Notes: generated from the letters alone by a model not told the origin. Counted from the first letter of the stretch, positions 11,291-22,643 are shown. The stretch: DNA of 64,000 nucleotides from an uncultured Verrucomicrobiae bacterium (GCA_963812605.1 CAWEWF010000008.1:64001-128000), one strand, 5' to 3'. A program made the numbers and translations.

Positions 11291-11483
11291 CCTAGGCGAG
11301 TAAAGTGTTTCGATTAGTGCGGGATAAGCTCATGAAGCAAGGCGTATCCCCTTACCGGTCGATAATTATCTCCAATCAGCCTGATAAAGTTGTGCGCGTT
11401 TTGTAGCGTAAAATGTGTAAGCGGTTGCGAGCCGCTAATGGGATAGAGAAAAACAAATAGAGGCGAAAGGTGAGGGCAGAATA

Positions 11484-12146
11484 ATGAATGGGATTAGCAG
11501 ATTCATTGGAGGTTCAGCATGCGCCGTGGCACTACTGTTTGCTGCGGGTCAGGTTTCAGCGCAGAACCTTATTGTGAACCCCGGATTTGAGTTGGCCGGT
11601 GCGAACTCTTCGCTCGCGGCAAACTGGACTACCGACACCGCAGCGGGCGGGCCCGTGTATGGCGTCCGGTCGAACGACAATCCGCACGCTGGGTCGTTCA
11701 ACTATGAAATCCACCTGGCCAGTACTGGTGCAGGGCCTGTGGTTCAGTTCAACCAATCCGGGATAGGTGTGACGGCCGGCACGGCGTACAACTTCTCGTT
11801 TTTTTCCGACAAGCTGGCGGGTGCTAACATAGGGGATGTTGAAGAGTATAACGTTCAATGGTTCAATGCCGCTTCGGCACTCATTTCGCAGACGGGCTAT
11901 ACCGGCTTCACCCCGGGAGCAAACGTCTATGCGCAGTCGGTGATCACCAACAACCTGACTGCCCCAGCAGGCGCTGTCACAGCGACCGTTTTTTTGCATG
12001 CCGCAGGTGGCGCAATTGTGGGAGGAGCGGCGACAATCGATTTTGATGACGTTTCGTTCGCTGCCGTACCCGAGCCGACGACCGTCGCATTGGTCGGTCT
12101 TGGCTTGTTCGGCGCCGTTGCGCTCGGCCGCAAACGCAAGTCGTAA
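11484..12146 (+). CDS. PEP-CTERM sorting-domain protein with a CBM4/9-like N-terminal domain
   Basis: Signal peptide, QNLIVNPGFE start, IDFDDVSF, then VPEPTT + TM helix + RKRKS. Confidence 0.9.
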   Translation: MNGISRFIGGSACAVALLFAAGQVSAQNLIVNPGFELAGANSSLAANWTTDTAAGGPVYGVRSNDNPHAGSFNYEIHLASTGAGPVVQFNQSGIGVTAGTAYNFSFFSDKLAGANIGDVEEYNVQWFNAASALISQTGYTGFTPGANVYAQSVITNNLTAPAGAVTATVFLHAAGGAIVGGAATIDFDDVSFAAVPEPTTVALVGLGLFGAVALGRKRKS

Positions 12147-12160
12147 TTCAGCCTTTTGTC

Positions 12161-12245
12161 TGGGAGCGGTGGTCCTATGGCCGCCGCTCCCACGATAAAA
12201 CCGGTAGTTGAGTTGTGATGTCCACGTAAATCGTGGACGTTTTTT
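12161..12245 (+). terminator. Two hairpins after the PEP-CTERM gene; the second has a U tract
   Basis: TGGGAGCGGTGGTC-ctat-GGCCGCCGCTCCCA (12161-12192) and ATGTCCACG-taaat-CGTGGACGT-TTTTT (12218-12245). Confidence 0.6.
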
Positions 12246-12288
12246 GTGTCTACTTCGTGACGGCGCAATTCTTGGTGGAATCCAATCC

Positions 12289-13263
12289 ATGAATAAATCG
12301 CTGACCACTCGCCGCCTCGGGAAGTCCGGTATCGAGATTTCGGTGATTGGGACAGGTCTATGGGCGGTCGGAGGAGGATGGGGACCGGTAGATGATCAAC
12401 AGGCTCTCCAGGCCATCGATGCTTCACTGGACGCCGGCATCAATTTCTTCGACACCGCCGATGTCTACGGTGGCGGCCACAGCGAGGAATTGCTTGGCAA
12501 AGCCATGCGGGGGCGCCGCGAGCGATTCGTCGTCGCGTCCAAGATTGGCTGGGTCGGCTACGATGGCAAAACCAACCGCTCGCAGTATAATAGCGTGGAC
12601 AAACTGGTTGCGGGAGTCGAGGAAAGCCTGCGGCGGTTGCAGACAGACCACATTGATTTGATCCAGGACCATGTTTTCTATCGCGAGCCGAATACGGATG
12701 TTTTCATCGAGAGCTTCCAACAGCTGCAGCGTGATGGAAAAGTCCGCGCCTACGGCCTGAGTTCGAGCGATTTCGCTTTCATCAAGGATTTCAACCGTAA
12801 CGGCCACTGCGCGACATTGCAGATCGACTACAGCCTCCTCAATCGAACGCCGGAGAGCGAAATCTTCCCGTATTGCCGGGCGAACAACATCGGTGTGATC
12901 GTTCGCGGCGCCCTGGCGATGGGCATTCTCGCCGGCAAATTCACTTCCGAGACGCGGTTTCCCGAGGGCGACTTCCGCCGCAACTGGCATGAGAAACCCG
13001 AGGAACGACAAACATTTCTCGAAGACCTCGACAAAGTCGAGCGTCTGCGTGCGGTCACCAAGGGGTGCGCATTGTCCCAGCTCGCGCTACGCTTTGTCAT
13101 CGATCACCCCGCCGTCACCACGGTCATCCCCGGCGCGCGTTCGCCCAAACAGGCGCGCGAGAATGTACAGGCCGGGCTGCTCCCTCCGCCCACGCCGGCG
13201 GAGCGTCAACAAATCGATTCCATCACCCCACCGGGAGGCGGCCGCAAAATCTGGCCGGCATAG
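12289..13263 (+). CDS. Aldo/keto reductase
   Basis: GINFFDTADVYGGGHSE, SLRRLQTDHIDL, VIPGA motifs. Confidence 0.92.
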   Translation: MNKSLTTRRLGKSGIEISVIGTGLWAVGGGWGPVDDQQALQAIDASLDAGINFFDTADVYGGGHSEELLGKAMRGRRERFVVASKIGWVGYDGKTNRSQYNSVDKLVAGVEESLRRLQTDHIDLIQDHVFYREPNTDVFIESFQQLQRDGKVRAYGLSSSDFAFIKDFNRNGHCATLQIDYSLLNRTPESEIFPYCRANNIGVIVRGALAMGILAGKFTSETRFPEGDFRRNWHEKPEERQTFLEDLDKVERLRAVTKGCALSQLALRFVIDHPAVTTVIPGARSPKQARENVQAGLLPPPTPAERQQIDSITPPGGGRKIWPA

Positions 13264-13274
13264 ACCTTCCGACC

Positions 13275-16188
13275 ATGAATCAGAAACGCAGTGTGCTGAT
13301 TCTTGCCACGCTCCTGGTCACCATCCCCGTGCATGCGGCCTCCTACTATCCGCTCCGTCTGGACGATCCCAAAGCCGTTTACCTTACCAGCAACAGTTTT
13401 CCAGTGCACGCGGATGGTATCGCGGATGACGCCGAGGCCTTGCAGCAGGCCATCAACCGCCTCCAGGAAACCGTGCATCAGGGCATCGTTTTCATTCCCG
13501 AAGGACAATATCGGCTCGGCAAAACCATTTACGTCTGGAACGGCATCCGGTTGATCGGGTATGGCAGCCACCGGCCTGTCTTCATCCTCGGCGAGAATAC
13601 CCCGGGCTTTCAGGAGGGCGATGGCAAATACCTGGTGCACTTCGTCAGCGACCGCCCGAAAGAGGGCCAGCCCATCCGCGACGCCAATCCCGGCACGTTC
13701 TACACCGGGATGAGCAACATCGACATCGAGATTCGGGATGGCAACCCGGCCGCCGTGGGCATCCGTTTTCACGTGGCCCAGCACTCTTACCTCGCGCACA
13801 TCGATTTTCGGATCGGCTCGGGCCGGGCGGGCATCGAGGAGGTTGGTAACGAGGCGGAAGACCTGCATTTCTTTGGGGGCGAGTTTGGCATTACGACGCA
13901 CAAGCCTTCGCCCAGTTGGCCGTTCCTGCTGATCGATTCCTCATTTGAAGGCCAGCGCCAGGCGGCCATTGAAACCGAGGAGGGCGGCCTCACCATCATT
14001 CACAACCAGTTCAAGGGCGTGCCCACCGCCATCGCCATCCGCAAGGACCGCGCTGAGGAACTCTGGATGAAGGATTCGCGTCTGGAGGACGTCTCCGGTC
14101 CCGCGCTGATCATCAGCGACGAGAACAACGCGCGGACCGAGATCAACCTCGAGAATGTTGTTTGCGCGCGGGTGCCGGTTCTCGCCAGTTTCCGCGAAAG
14201 CGGAAAAACGGTTGCGGGCGCTGGCGTCATCTATCAAGTCAAGGCGTTCACGCATGGCCTGCATATTGCGGACCTTGGCGGCACGCCGGAAATCAAAACC
14301 ACATCTGATACTGCCGAGCTGCCATTGTTACCACCGCCGGTCAAATCCGACATCCCCGCCCTCCCTCCCGCGGATACATGGGTCAATCTCCGGGCTCTGG
14401 GCGCCAAGGGCGATGGCAGCACGGACGACACCGCCGCTTTCAAGGAAGCCATTGCCAAACACCGGGCGATTTATTTGCCGTCGGGCCGTTATCGAGTGAC
14501 CGACACGCTCACCCTCAACCCGGATACCGTGCTCGTGGGCCTCCAACCCTACGCCACGCAAATCGTGCTGACGGATTCCACACCGGCATTCGTGGGCGTT
14601 GGCAATCCCAAAGCGTTGCTTGAAACCCCCAAGGGCGGTTCCAATATTGTTACCGGCATCGGCCTGGACACGGGGATCAACAGCCGCGCCGTCGCCGCCA
14701 AGTGGATGGCGGGGAAAGACTCGTTGATGAACGATGTCCGCTTCCTCGGCGGCCATGGCATGTACAATCCCGATGGCACGCGTTTCGTGGTTTACAACAA
14801 CAACCGCACGGGCGATCCCGATGCGTCGCGCCGTTGGGATTCCCAGTATTGGAGCCTCTGGATTACCGACGGCGGCGGCGGGACTTTCAAGGACATCTGG
14901 ACACCCAACAGTTTCGCCCAGGCCGGCCTGTATATTTCCGATACGACGACCGAAGGCCGCATCTATGCCATGTCCAGCGAACACCACGTGCGCAACGAGG
15001 TAAAGCTACGCAACGTCTCCAACTGGCAAATCTACGCGCTGCAAATCGAAGAGGAACGCGGGGAGGGTCCGAACTGTTTGCCGGTCGACATCGACAATTC
15101 GAGCAACATCACGTTCGCCAATCTCTACCTCTACCGCGTCATCAGCACCTACTCTCCGTTTCCCTATGCGGTGAAGATCGCCTCTTCTCGCGACCTCCGC
15201 TTCCGCAATGTCCACGTTTACAGTCCCAGCAAGTTCGCGTTCGACAACACGATCTTCGATCAAACCCACCACGCGGAAATTCGCACACGCGAGATCGCGT
15301 CCCTGAACATTTCCGGCGAGCAACCCCAAGCGCCAGCGGTGCGCGAGTCGACAGTCCTGGCCCCCGGGGCGAAAGTGGAGAAACTCGCGGGAGGGTTCAA
15401 CAATATCGAGAGCGCCGTGGTCGATGCCGACGGCAATGTCTATTTTATTGACGCGCGCTTTCTGCGGATCTACCGCTGGTCTCCTGAAAAGCACGATTTG
15501 ACGATAGTCCGTGACAGTTCGCCGGAACCAGCCGGCCTGGCGTTTGACAAGTCCGGCAATCTTTTGGTCGTGACGCGCTTCGAACACGGTGTATGCGTTT
15601 CGCCCGGATGGCCGGGAGGACGAGATCACTGTTATTAAGCCCGAGCCGGCGATCCTGCGGCCGGGGGTTGTGCCGATCCTACCGGTCAGCCGTTGGCGCG
15701 ACGCGCACGACTTCATCAAGGCCAACACTGAGCCGCCGCCGCTGCACTATCTCTCGCCCGACGGTACCGCTTTCATCCCGGCCACGGAGAATCCCCGGAA
15801 CACCAACTCCATGAGGGCTTTCTTCTCGACGATCGATTTGACCAGGGCCTACGGATTGGCCGCAGCACCGACGAACCAGCCTTTTTACGTCGCTGACGAG
15901 TTCGGCCAGAAGACATGGAGATTCACGCCGCTGCCAGATGGCACTCTCTCCAACCCCAGGCTTTTCGCCGAGGAAGGCGAGGCGGGTAACACGACAGACG
16001 CGGACGGAAATGTCTATGTTGCCGCCGGCAATATCTTTGTCTTTGATCGGTCGGGCAGGCAGATCGACTTGATCGAGGTGCCGGAACGTCCCACCAGCCT
16101 CGTCTTCGGCGGCAAAGATCGCCAGACACTTTTCATCGCGGCGCGCAGTTCGCTTTACGGGATACGCACCAGATTCAAGGGTTTGTAA
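13275..16188 (+). CDS. Secreted tandem beta-helix (pectate_lyase_3/GH55-like) protein fused to an SMP-30/gluconolactonase beta-propeller; frameshift near 15590
   Basis: Two A.GDG..DD..A.Q.AI / IYLP.G.Y units; C-terminal D.DGNVYV and LVFGGKDRQTLFI propeller motifs. Confidence 0.8.
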
Positions 16189-16265
16189 GAAATTTCGGAA
16201 AACCCTCGCATTCAGTGCTATAATACTCTTGGAGAAAGGAATAATGGAGGCTGTATCGATTGAGC

Positions 16266-16303
16266 TTGCCTTATGAAAGGCGCGTTTGCTACAATCGTTT
16301 GCA
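16266..16303 (+). promoter_or_regulatory. Promoter TTGCCT-18-TACAAT overlapped by LacI-type operator TACAATCGTTTGCA
   Basis: Operator at 16290-16303 includes the -10 box; lies 26 nt before the GH16 ATG. Confidence 0.55.
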
Positions 16304-16329
16304 TAGTGGGAATTCCGAGGGTTCACGTC

Positions 16330-18174
16330 ATGTTGCGTGGGATACGGCAATCGCTTTCATCGTCAGCAGTTATTTGCGCCTTGTTGGTCTTCGGGCTTTT
16401 TAGCATCTGGACTCGCTCCGTTTACGCCGTCACCAACCTCGTCTTCAGTGACGAATTCAACGGTTCCGGCACTAATATCGACACTACGAAATGGGGATTC
16501 GATCTCGGCAATTCCAGCTCCATTGCGGGTGCAGGTTGGGGTAACGGTGAAAAGGAGACCTACTCCGCTGCCGCCAAGAACGCCTACGTCTCGAACGGCG
16601 TGCTCAATATCGTCGCCCTCAACGATGTCAGGCGGTGCAAACCCTTACAGTTCCGCCCGCCTGAGAACATTGGGTCTTTTTTCATTTACCAATGGGCGCA
16701 TTGAAGTCCGCGCCAGGCTCCCCAGGTTGTCCCCGTATTGGTGGCCGGCGATCTGGATGTTGGCAACCAATTATTCCGGGCACGACCGGCCCCACCAACT
16801 CGTGGCCCGAGTGCGGCGAGATCGACATGGTCGAGAGCAAGGGGAGCACTCCAACTTGAATCTGGCGACCCTCCACAAGGACACCGCCGGCAATCCGGGT
16901 AGTTGATTAGCTCAGGGAGGAAGCTTATACCTTCACAGGGGGAGACGCCAACACCAATTTTCATGACTACGTCACGGAATGGGGGATGAAGTGTTTTAAT
17001 TTTTCCGTCGATAGCAATACGGTCCTCACGAGTCAACAGCGGGACCATAGCAATTGGTCGAGTTCCATCGGCGCTTTCCCCGCGCCATTTAATCATCCGT
17101 TTTACATCATCATGAATCTGGCCGTTGGTGGCCAATTCGTGGGTAGTCCCAACACCGGGTCAATCAACGCTGCCACCACCTTCCCCGGCGATATGCAGAT
17201 CGACTACATTCGCGTTTACCAGGATCTTCCCATCGGGCCGCCATTGCTTTTGTCAGTTCTCCCAGCAACGGCTGCGCCAGTGGTGGCACGGCGATTACCC
17301 TTACCGGGAATAATTTCCAAAACACTTCAACGATCACCATCAATGGCGTGAACGCCACCGGTGTCACCGTCGTAAGTACCAACACAATAACAGCCATCAC
17401 GGGTGCCAGTGCGGGGGGAACGTACAATGTCGTGCTCAAGACTTCCGGCCAATCTCCGACAACACTCACCAACGGTTTTACCTCGCCGGGCCGCCCCTTT
17501 TCGCGGGACCGGGCAGTATCACTCCCGCGATCGAAGGGGCGACATTGACCTGGTCCGCCGCGTCGGGTTCTGCGCCGTTCACCTACGGGGTGTACGAGGC
17601 GACCAATAGCGGAGGGGAAACCAGCCCGCTCCTGACGACCAATGCCCTCGCGGCTTTCATTTCGCTGTATCCGGGGAGCAACAGCGCGATCACCTACTTT
17701 TTCAAGGTGCATGCGACTGATAGTTGCAGCAGCACCGAAACCAACCAGGTTGAACTGTCCGTCCAACCGCTCCTGGATCCGAACAAGAGCCAGGTCGGCG
17801 ACGGTATTCCCAACGGCTGGAAACAGCAATACGGCTTCGATCCGTTCAATCCCTCCGTGGCGGGCGCGGATCCGGATGGTGACGGGATGTCGAACCTGCA
17901 GGAATATCTCACGGGGACGGATCCGACCAATAGCGCTTCCTATTTCCACATCCTCTCCATTGTGCCCTTGGGCAATGACGTGCTGATCACGTGGATGACC
18001 GCAGGCGGACTGACGAACGCTGTGGAGACAGTAACTGCCCTTGGTGGCACCTATTCCAATATCAGCGGGAACATTGTCATTACAGGCACTGGCCTGACGA
18101 CGACGAACTATCTCGACGCGGGCGCTGCCACCAATTCGCCCGCCAACTTCTACCACATCCGCCTCGTGCCCTAG
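16330..18174 (+). CDS. Secreted GH16 laminarinase-like protein + IPT/TIG + Fn3-like + DxDGDG repeat + C-terminal FYHIRLVP domain; many frameshifts (error-rich assembly or pseudogene)
   Basis: VFSDEFNG, GWGNGE, WPAIWML, GEIDMVE (ExDxxE), FYIIMNLAVGG and MQIDYIRVYQ distributed over several frames. Confidence 0.8.
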
Positions 18175-18209
18175 GGCACGGTAGTCTCCGTTCCTGGCGG
18201 ATACTTCGT

Positions 18210-18238
18210 TTGACCGCTGGGCAATCTTCGGGTATAAA
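18210..18238 (+). promoter_or_regulatory. sigma70-type promoter for the tRNA-Ser gene
   Basis: TTGACC-17 nt-TATAAA, ending 52 nt before the tRNA 5' end. Confidence 0.5.
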
Positions 18239-18290
18239 TCATAACACCGTTCGGCTGGCGTCGCTGTAACACTTTGCCAGCAAAGCAATT

Positions 18291-18333
18291 GGAGGGGTGT
18301 CCGAGTGGTTGAAGGAGCTGGTCTCGAAAACCA
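18291..18333 (+). pseudogene. 5' half of tRNA-Ser(CGA), cut at the 3' side of the anticodon stem; probable att junction
   Basis: GGAGGGGTGTCCGAGTGGTTGAAGGAG-CTGGT-CTCGAAA-ACCA then unrelated AT-rich sequence; no variable arm, T arm or 3' acceptor strand; TTGCCAA x2 at 10-bp spacing at 18461-18477. Confidence 0.8.
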
Positions 18334-18881
18334 TTTTAAGCTCATTTTGGATTTCTCCATTTTCCTGAATAAACTCCGCCGTTCCTTACATAATAAGCCT
18401 TACGAGGCCAAATGGACTTTTGCGCTGACTTGCGCCAAATAGCACAAAAAGGCAGTCGAGTTGCCAATTTTTGCCAAGTGGCCGGGTGTAAAAAATGCAC
18501 TGCGGAACCCACCGAAGATTGCGGTCGTCCCGGTGCCAGAGCACATGGTTCCACAGGATAGGTCGATCCCATTTTCAGCATGGCCCGATCTCCGCAAAAT
18601 AGGCAGTTCGGGCCTGAATGATGGTTAGGAGCACAGACTGTAACGCCTGCGGATTACGGACGGGTCAGCCACGCAGGCGATGTAGGGAAGCCGGAGAGCT
18701 ACGTCGTATCCTGCTGACGGAGTACGTCTGTTGAGCTTGGTTACTGAGCGGACGGCTGAAACAAGGATGGCAATGCTGGGGCCAACATCAACCAGGCGCA
18801 TATCGCCGGGTGCGGCACGAATGCTTTAGTTCTTTTGCCGACCCAAAATCGTGTGATAATCTGCGGTGAGAGTCCGGGTCA

Positions 18882-21800
18882 ATGGCCGATCAGCCATCAC
18901 GCGAGGAGCAAATCTTCAACACCCTGTTGCAATTTGCGACACGGGAGGAACGCGCTGCCTACCTCAAGGGCGCATGCGCGGGTGACGCGGCACTGCTCCA
19001 GCGCGTCCAAGCACTGCTGCAGACGCACGAGCAGGCTGGCGCCTCTATCGATCCCGATGTGACCGTCAAATCCACGCTGTCGCCGGGAATGCCCGTAGCC
19101 GAACCTATTACCGAGAAGGCCGGTGACCACATCAATCGCTACAAGCTGCTTCAGGAAATCGGCGAAGGCGGCTGTGGCGTCGTGTACATGGCCGAGCAGG
19201 AGGAGCCGGTCCGCCGCCGCGTCGCGCTCAAGATCATCAAGCTTGGGATGGACACCAAACAGATTGTCGCCCGCTTTGAGGCCGAGCGGCAGGCGTTGGC
19301 CTTGATGGATCATTCCAACATCGCCAAGGTCTTTGATGCCGGTACGACCGAGACCGGTCGACCGTTTTTCGTAATGGAATTGGTACGCGGCGTGCCGATC
19401 ACCGAGTACTGCGACAAGAACAACTTGACCACGCACGAGCGGCTCGAACTGTTCATCCTCATCTGCAAGGCCATCCAGCATGCACACCAGAAGGGCATAA
19501 TCCACCGCGACATTAAACCGTCGAACATCCTCGTCACGTTGCACGACGGCGTGCCTGTGCCCAAGGTGATTGACTTCGGTATTGCCAAGGCCATCGAGCA
19601 GCCGTTGACCGAGAAGACTTTGTTCACGCGCTTCGAACAATTCATCGGCACACCGGCGTACATGAGTCCTGAGCAGGCGGAGATGAGCGGCCTGGACATT
19701 GATACCCGCAGCGACATCTACGCGCTGGGCGTGCTGCTCTACGAGTTACTGACCGGCAAACCGCCGTTCGACCCGGACACACTGGTCAAGTCCGGCCTCG
19801 ACGCCATGCGCCGCACCATCCGCGAGGTTGACCCGCCGCGCCCGTCAACACGGTTGACCACCCTGACCGATCCCGACCTCACGACCGTTGCCAGGCAGCG
19901 CCGCATAGAGCCGGCCAAGCTTTCAGCGTTGGTCCGTGGCGATCTTGACTGGATCGTGATGAAGGCCATGGAGAAGGACCGCACCCGAAGGTACGACACG
20001 GCCAACAGCCTGGCGATGGACATTCAACGCCATCTGCAAAATGAACCAGTCGCCGCCCGTCCCCCGAGCAACTTGTACCGATTCCAGAAACTGGTCCGAC
20101 GCAACAAGTTGGTCTTTGCCGCTGCCAGTTCCGTGACGGCGGCGCTAATCATTGGATTGGGGCTTTCCACATGGCTGTTCGTGAAAGAAAGGGAAGCACA
20201 TCGACACACTCAGGCCGCTGAACGCGAACAAGATCGTATGCGCCAGATGGCGCAGCAGGCCCAAGCAGACGAAGCCCAACTTCGCCGCCAAGCCAAAACC
20301 CAGGAACTTGTCGCTCGGCAAAAGACCTACGGGTCGGACATGCTGCTCGTCCAGCAGGCGCTTGCTGCGGACAACCTTGGTCGCGCACGAGAGCTGTTGG
20401 ATAGCCATCGTCCCCGGCCAGGCGAAGAGGATTTGCGCGGTTGGGAATGGCGCTACCTGTGGCAGTTCTGCAAGGACGACGCTCTCTTGCTCTGCCAGCG
20501 CTCTAACTCGGTCATCACATCGGTTTCTTTTTCGAGCGATGGTGCCTTGCTGGCAGTGGGAACGCGCACCGGCGAAGTCACGGTCTGGGACCTCGCCGCT
20601 CGGCAGTTGGTGTTTCGCCTACAATCTGCCGACGATCCGTCTAAACTCGCCTTTGCGCTCAATACTGACTTGCTCGCATATTGTGACCAGACCAACGTTG
20701 TGCTCTGGAGCAGTCGCACACGCAGGGAAGTACATCGGTTGCAGACAAGCGGCAACGTTCGAGAATTGGTGTTTACCACAGATGGTCGCTTGTTCACCGC
20801 CTGCCCGGGAGTCACTACGCTCTGGGACGTGGAGAGTGGCGGCGTTGTGAGTAATTTCATGGGGCCGCCTGCTTATCGCCCCCTGGGCACGCTGTTCAAT
20901 GCTACCAGTGACGGGCACACGTTCGCGCACGCCGCTGGTCTTCATGGTGTGCGGGTTGTGGATACAGCGGACGGGAGCAACGAGTGGAGGTTAAAGGCGA
21001 CGGAGGAAACAGTTGGGGCTATCGCGTTCTCGCGTGATGGTCGACTTCTGGCCACCGGTACAGCACACGCCGTAGGCACCATCAAACTCTGGAATGTTCA
21101 AAGCCATCAGCTCGTAGGTACTCTGGAGGGCCAGCGGAACTGGATCTGTTGGCTGAGGTTTCTGCCTGACGGCAAAACGCTTGCCTCCGCTGGCGCGGAG
21201 GGAACCGTCCGACTGTGGAACCTTGATACTCGTCAACCACTGAGGACACTCAGCGGTCATCCAGGGCAGGCATCGGCGATCGATGTGTCGCCAGACGGTC
21301 GCTGGCTGGCAAGGGGCTGCCAGGACGGCTCCGTGTTCCTATGGGGCCTTGATTCATCAACGAACCGGCCCCCGGTATATTGCACGCTCCTGTCGGATGA
21401 GATTAAGCAGTGGAGCTATTCGCCGGATAATCGGCTTATTGGTACGCTGCAAAACGGTCGTGTGAAACTCTACGATGCCACAACCCTCCATCTCGCCCTC
21501 GCGCCAGCCCTCTTGCCAACGAACTTCACGGCGTTCACCTTCTCACCAGACACGCGATTGCTTGCCGCAATGGCAACGGATGGGAAGCTATGCGTCTGGG
21601 ATTTGCCCGGGCCAACGTTTGCTGACAAACTTTGTCGCACACCCGACTAACGCGGGTTTCCTCGACCCCGTCTTTATTTCTGGCGGCAAGCAACTGTTGA
21701 CCTGGGGAGGAGATTACGTGGCCAAGGAGTGGGACGTTGAAACGTGGCGGGAAATAAGCCACTGGCAGGTGTCCCCGGACTTCAACATGTCCGCCACTTG

Positions 21801-22332
21801 TCCAGCCACAAACCTTGTTGTCATGGCCGGTCGGAACGGCCGGATAGAGCTGATTGCACTCAACGATCCCGAACTGCGTCGGCATTTCAACAGTCAGGAC
21901 CTTCTCCGCGACATTAAACTCTCGACAGACGGGAAAACGCTGGCAACTGCGAGCGAAAACGGGACGATGGAATTCTGGAATGTCGAGACCACGACGCGTA
22001 CCGGTTGGTTGCGGGCCACCAGGATCGGCCTGCATTCGGAGGCGATTTCGCCCAGGATCGCCATGTATTCGGTGGCTTTTTCGCCCGATGGCCGACGTGT
22101 AATTGCCGGCAACGATGGCAAACGCGCAATCACGATTTGGGATGTCAACTCCCAGCAGGAGGTCACGACATTGGAGGGCAAGGGATTAAACTTTTCCAAT
22201 GCCGCGTTCTCTCCCGATGGCAATACGATTGGTGCTCGCAATCGGAATGGCGTACTGCACCTCTGGCGTGCGCCGTCATGGGCGGAGATTGAAGCGACGG
22301 AACGGGTCGGGCCAAACGCACCATCGCCTTGA
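18882..22332 (+). CDS. Hanks-type Ser/Thr protein kinase with TM helix and WD40 repeats; frameshift near 21610
   Basis: IGEGGCGVVY, VALKIIK, IIHRDIKPSN, KVIDFG, GTPAYMSPEQ, RGWEWRYL, repeated ..LWD/WN blades. Confidence 0.92.
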
Positions 22333-22377
22333 TTTCGACAACTAATTCCACCTCTCTGTCCCTTCTCTTCCTGATGC

Positions 22378-22404
22378 TACTACCGCGTGCGGCTGGTGCC
22401 GTAG
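22378..22404 (+). pseudogene. Orphan gene tail encoding YYRVRLVP-stop
   Basis: TAC TAC CGC GTG CGG CTG GTG CCG TAG matches the ends of the genes finishing at 18174 and 42230; nothing homologous upstream. Confidence 0.6.
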
Positions 22405-22442
22405 GCGGCTCTCGACCTTGCGACGGGTGAGACAACGGCAAA

Positions 22443-22572
22443 GGAGTGACGGGGCTCGAAGCCGACCCCTTTCGCAATTTTCCTAAAGAATTTGAGGGGA
22501 AATACCGGCAAGTTCACAAAGGGGCTCGCACGTTTTGTTCCCAGATTGTCCCGGATTGTCGCGGGTTGTGGC
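22443..22572 (-). mobile_element. att-like junction: arm repeats plus tRNA-Asp-like 3' fragment (copy 1)
   Basis: Minus strand CACAACCCGC-GACAATCCGG-GACAATCTGG ... TTCGAGCCCCGTCACTCC; homologous along about 130 bp to 62488-62620. Confidence 0.75.
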
Positions 22573-22643
22573 ATTGAGGCTCTCGTCGCCGCCGGCCACT
22601 GCACCACAACTGGACTACCTATAAGTATGGCTTTTTCTCGGAA

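Noticed and set aside
18640-18685. CGCCTGCG...CGCAGGCG hairpin upstream of the kinase as a riboswitch
   Set aside because: A single stem with no recognisable aptamer consensus and no second copy
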